A stretch of DNA of 64,000 nucleotides, taken from Eledone cirrhosa. Taxonomy: Eukaryota. The translations under genes were made by a program, and so were the position numbers. Positions 61,962 through 64,000 of the stretch are shown one piece after another. Under the pieces are notes generated by a model. That model ran no database searches. It saw nothing but the letters and a program-made list of their open reading frames with translations, and was not told the origin of the DNA. The DNA lies in NCBI GenBank assembly GCA_964016885.1, contig CAXHJY010001225.1:38332-102331 (forward strand), written 5' to 3'. The number at the start of each line of letters is the position of its first letter. Within the stretch, counting starts at the first letter, position 1.

Positions 61962-64000
<2,039 letters not shown>

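Overview
This is AT-rich eukaryotic repetitive DNA with no recognisable host exon. The tRNA-derived SINEs and very long (TA)n tracts suggest a cephalopod (octopus-like) genome, which is an inference. The window is dominated by Penelope-like retroelements (PLEs; RT plus C-terminal GIY-YIG) from at least five families (Hydra-, Nematis-, two Neptune- and one Penelope/Poseidon-like), plus many small non-coding derivatives, nearly all inserted in (TA)n microsatellites. About 20 type I hammerhead ribozyme (HHR) motifs were read by eye. Main observations: (1) a 310-nt HHR retrozyme is integrated as a head-to-head 1.4-mer plus 2.1-mer, consistent with rolling-circle reverse transcription of a circular RNA; (2) most insertions, from 90 bp to 5 kb, are inverted repeats whose two ends are offset by a family-specific tail of about 35-90 nt, with the short end at an internal TA-like site, which suggests dual priming by both (TA)n ends; (3) several fold-backs occur at HHR stem II; (4) a second family wraps around at about 530 nt and carries only a permuted GAAA...CUGAUGA motif. 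Also present: RTE LINEs (one with a twin-priming inversion), a Tx1/L1-type LINE in (GATA)n, mariner/pogo MITEs and SINEs. All coordinates were read manually and may be off by a few bases. Clade names come from motif recognition, not from searches.
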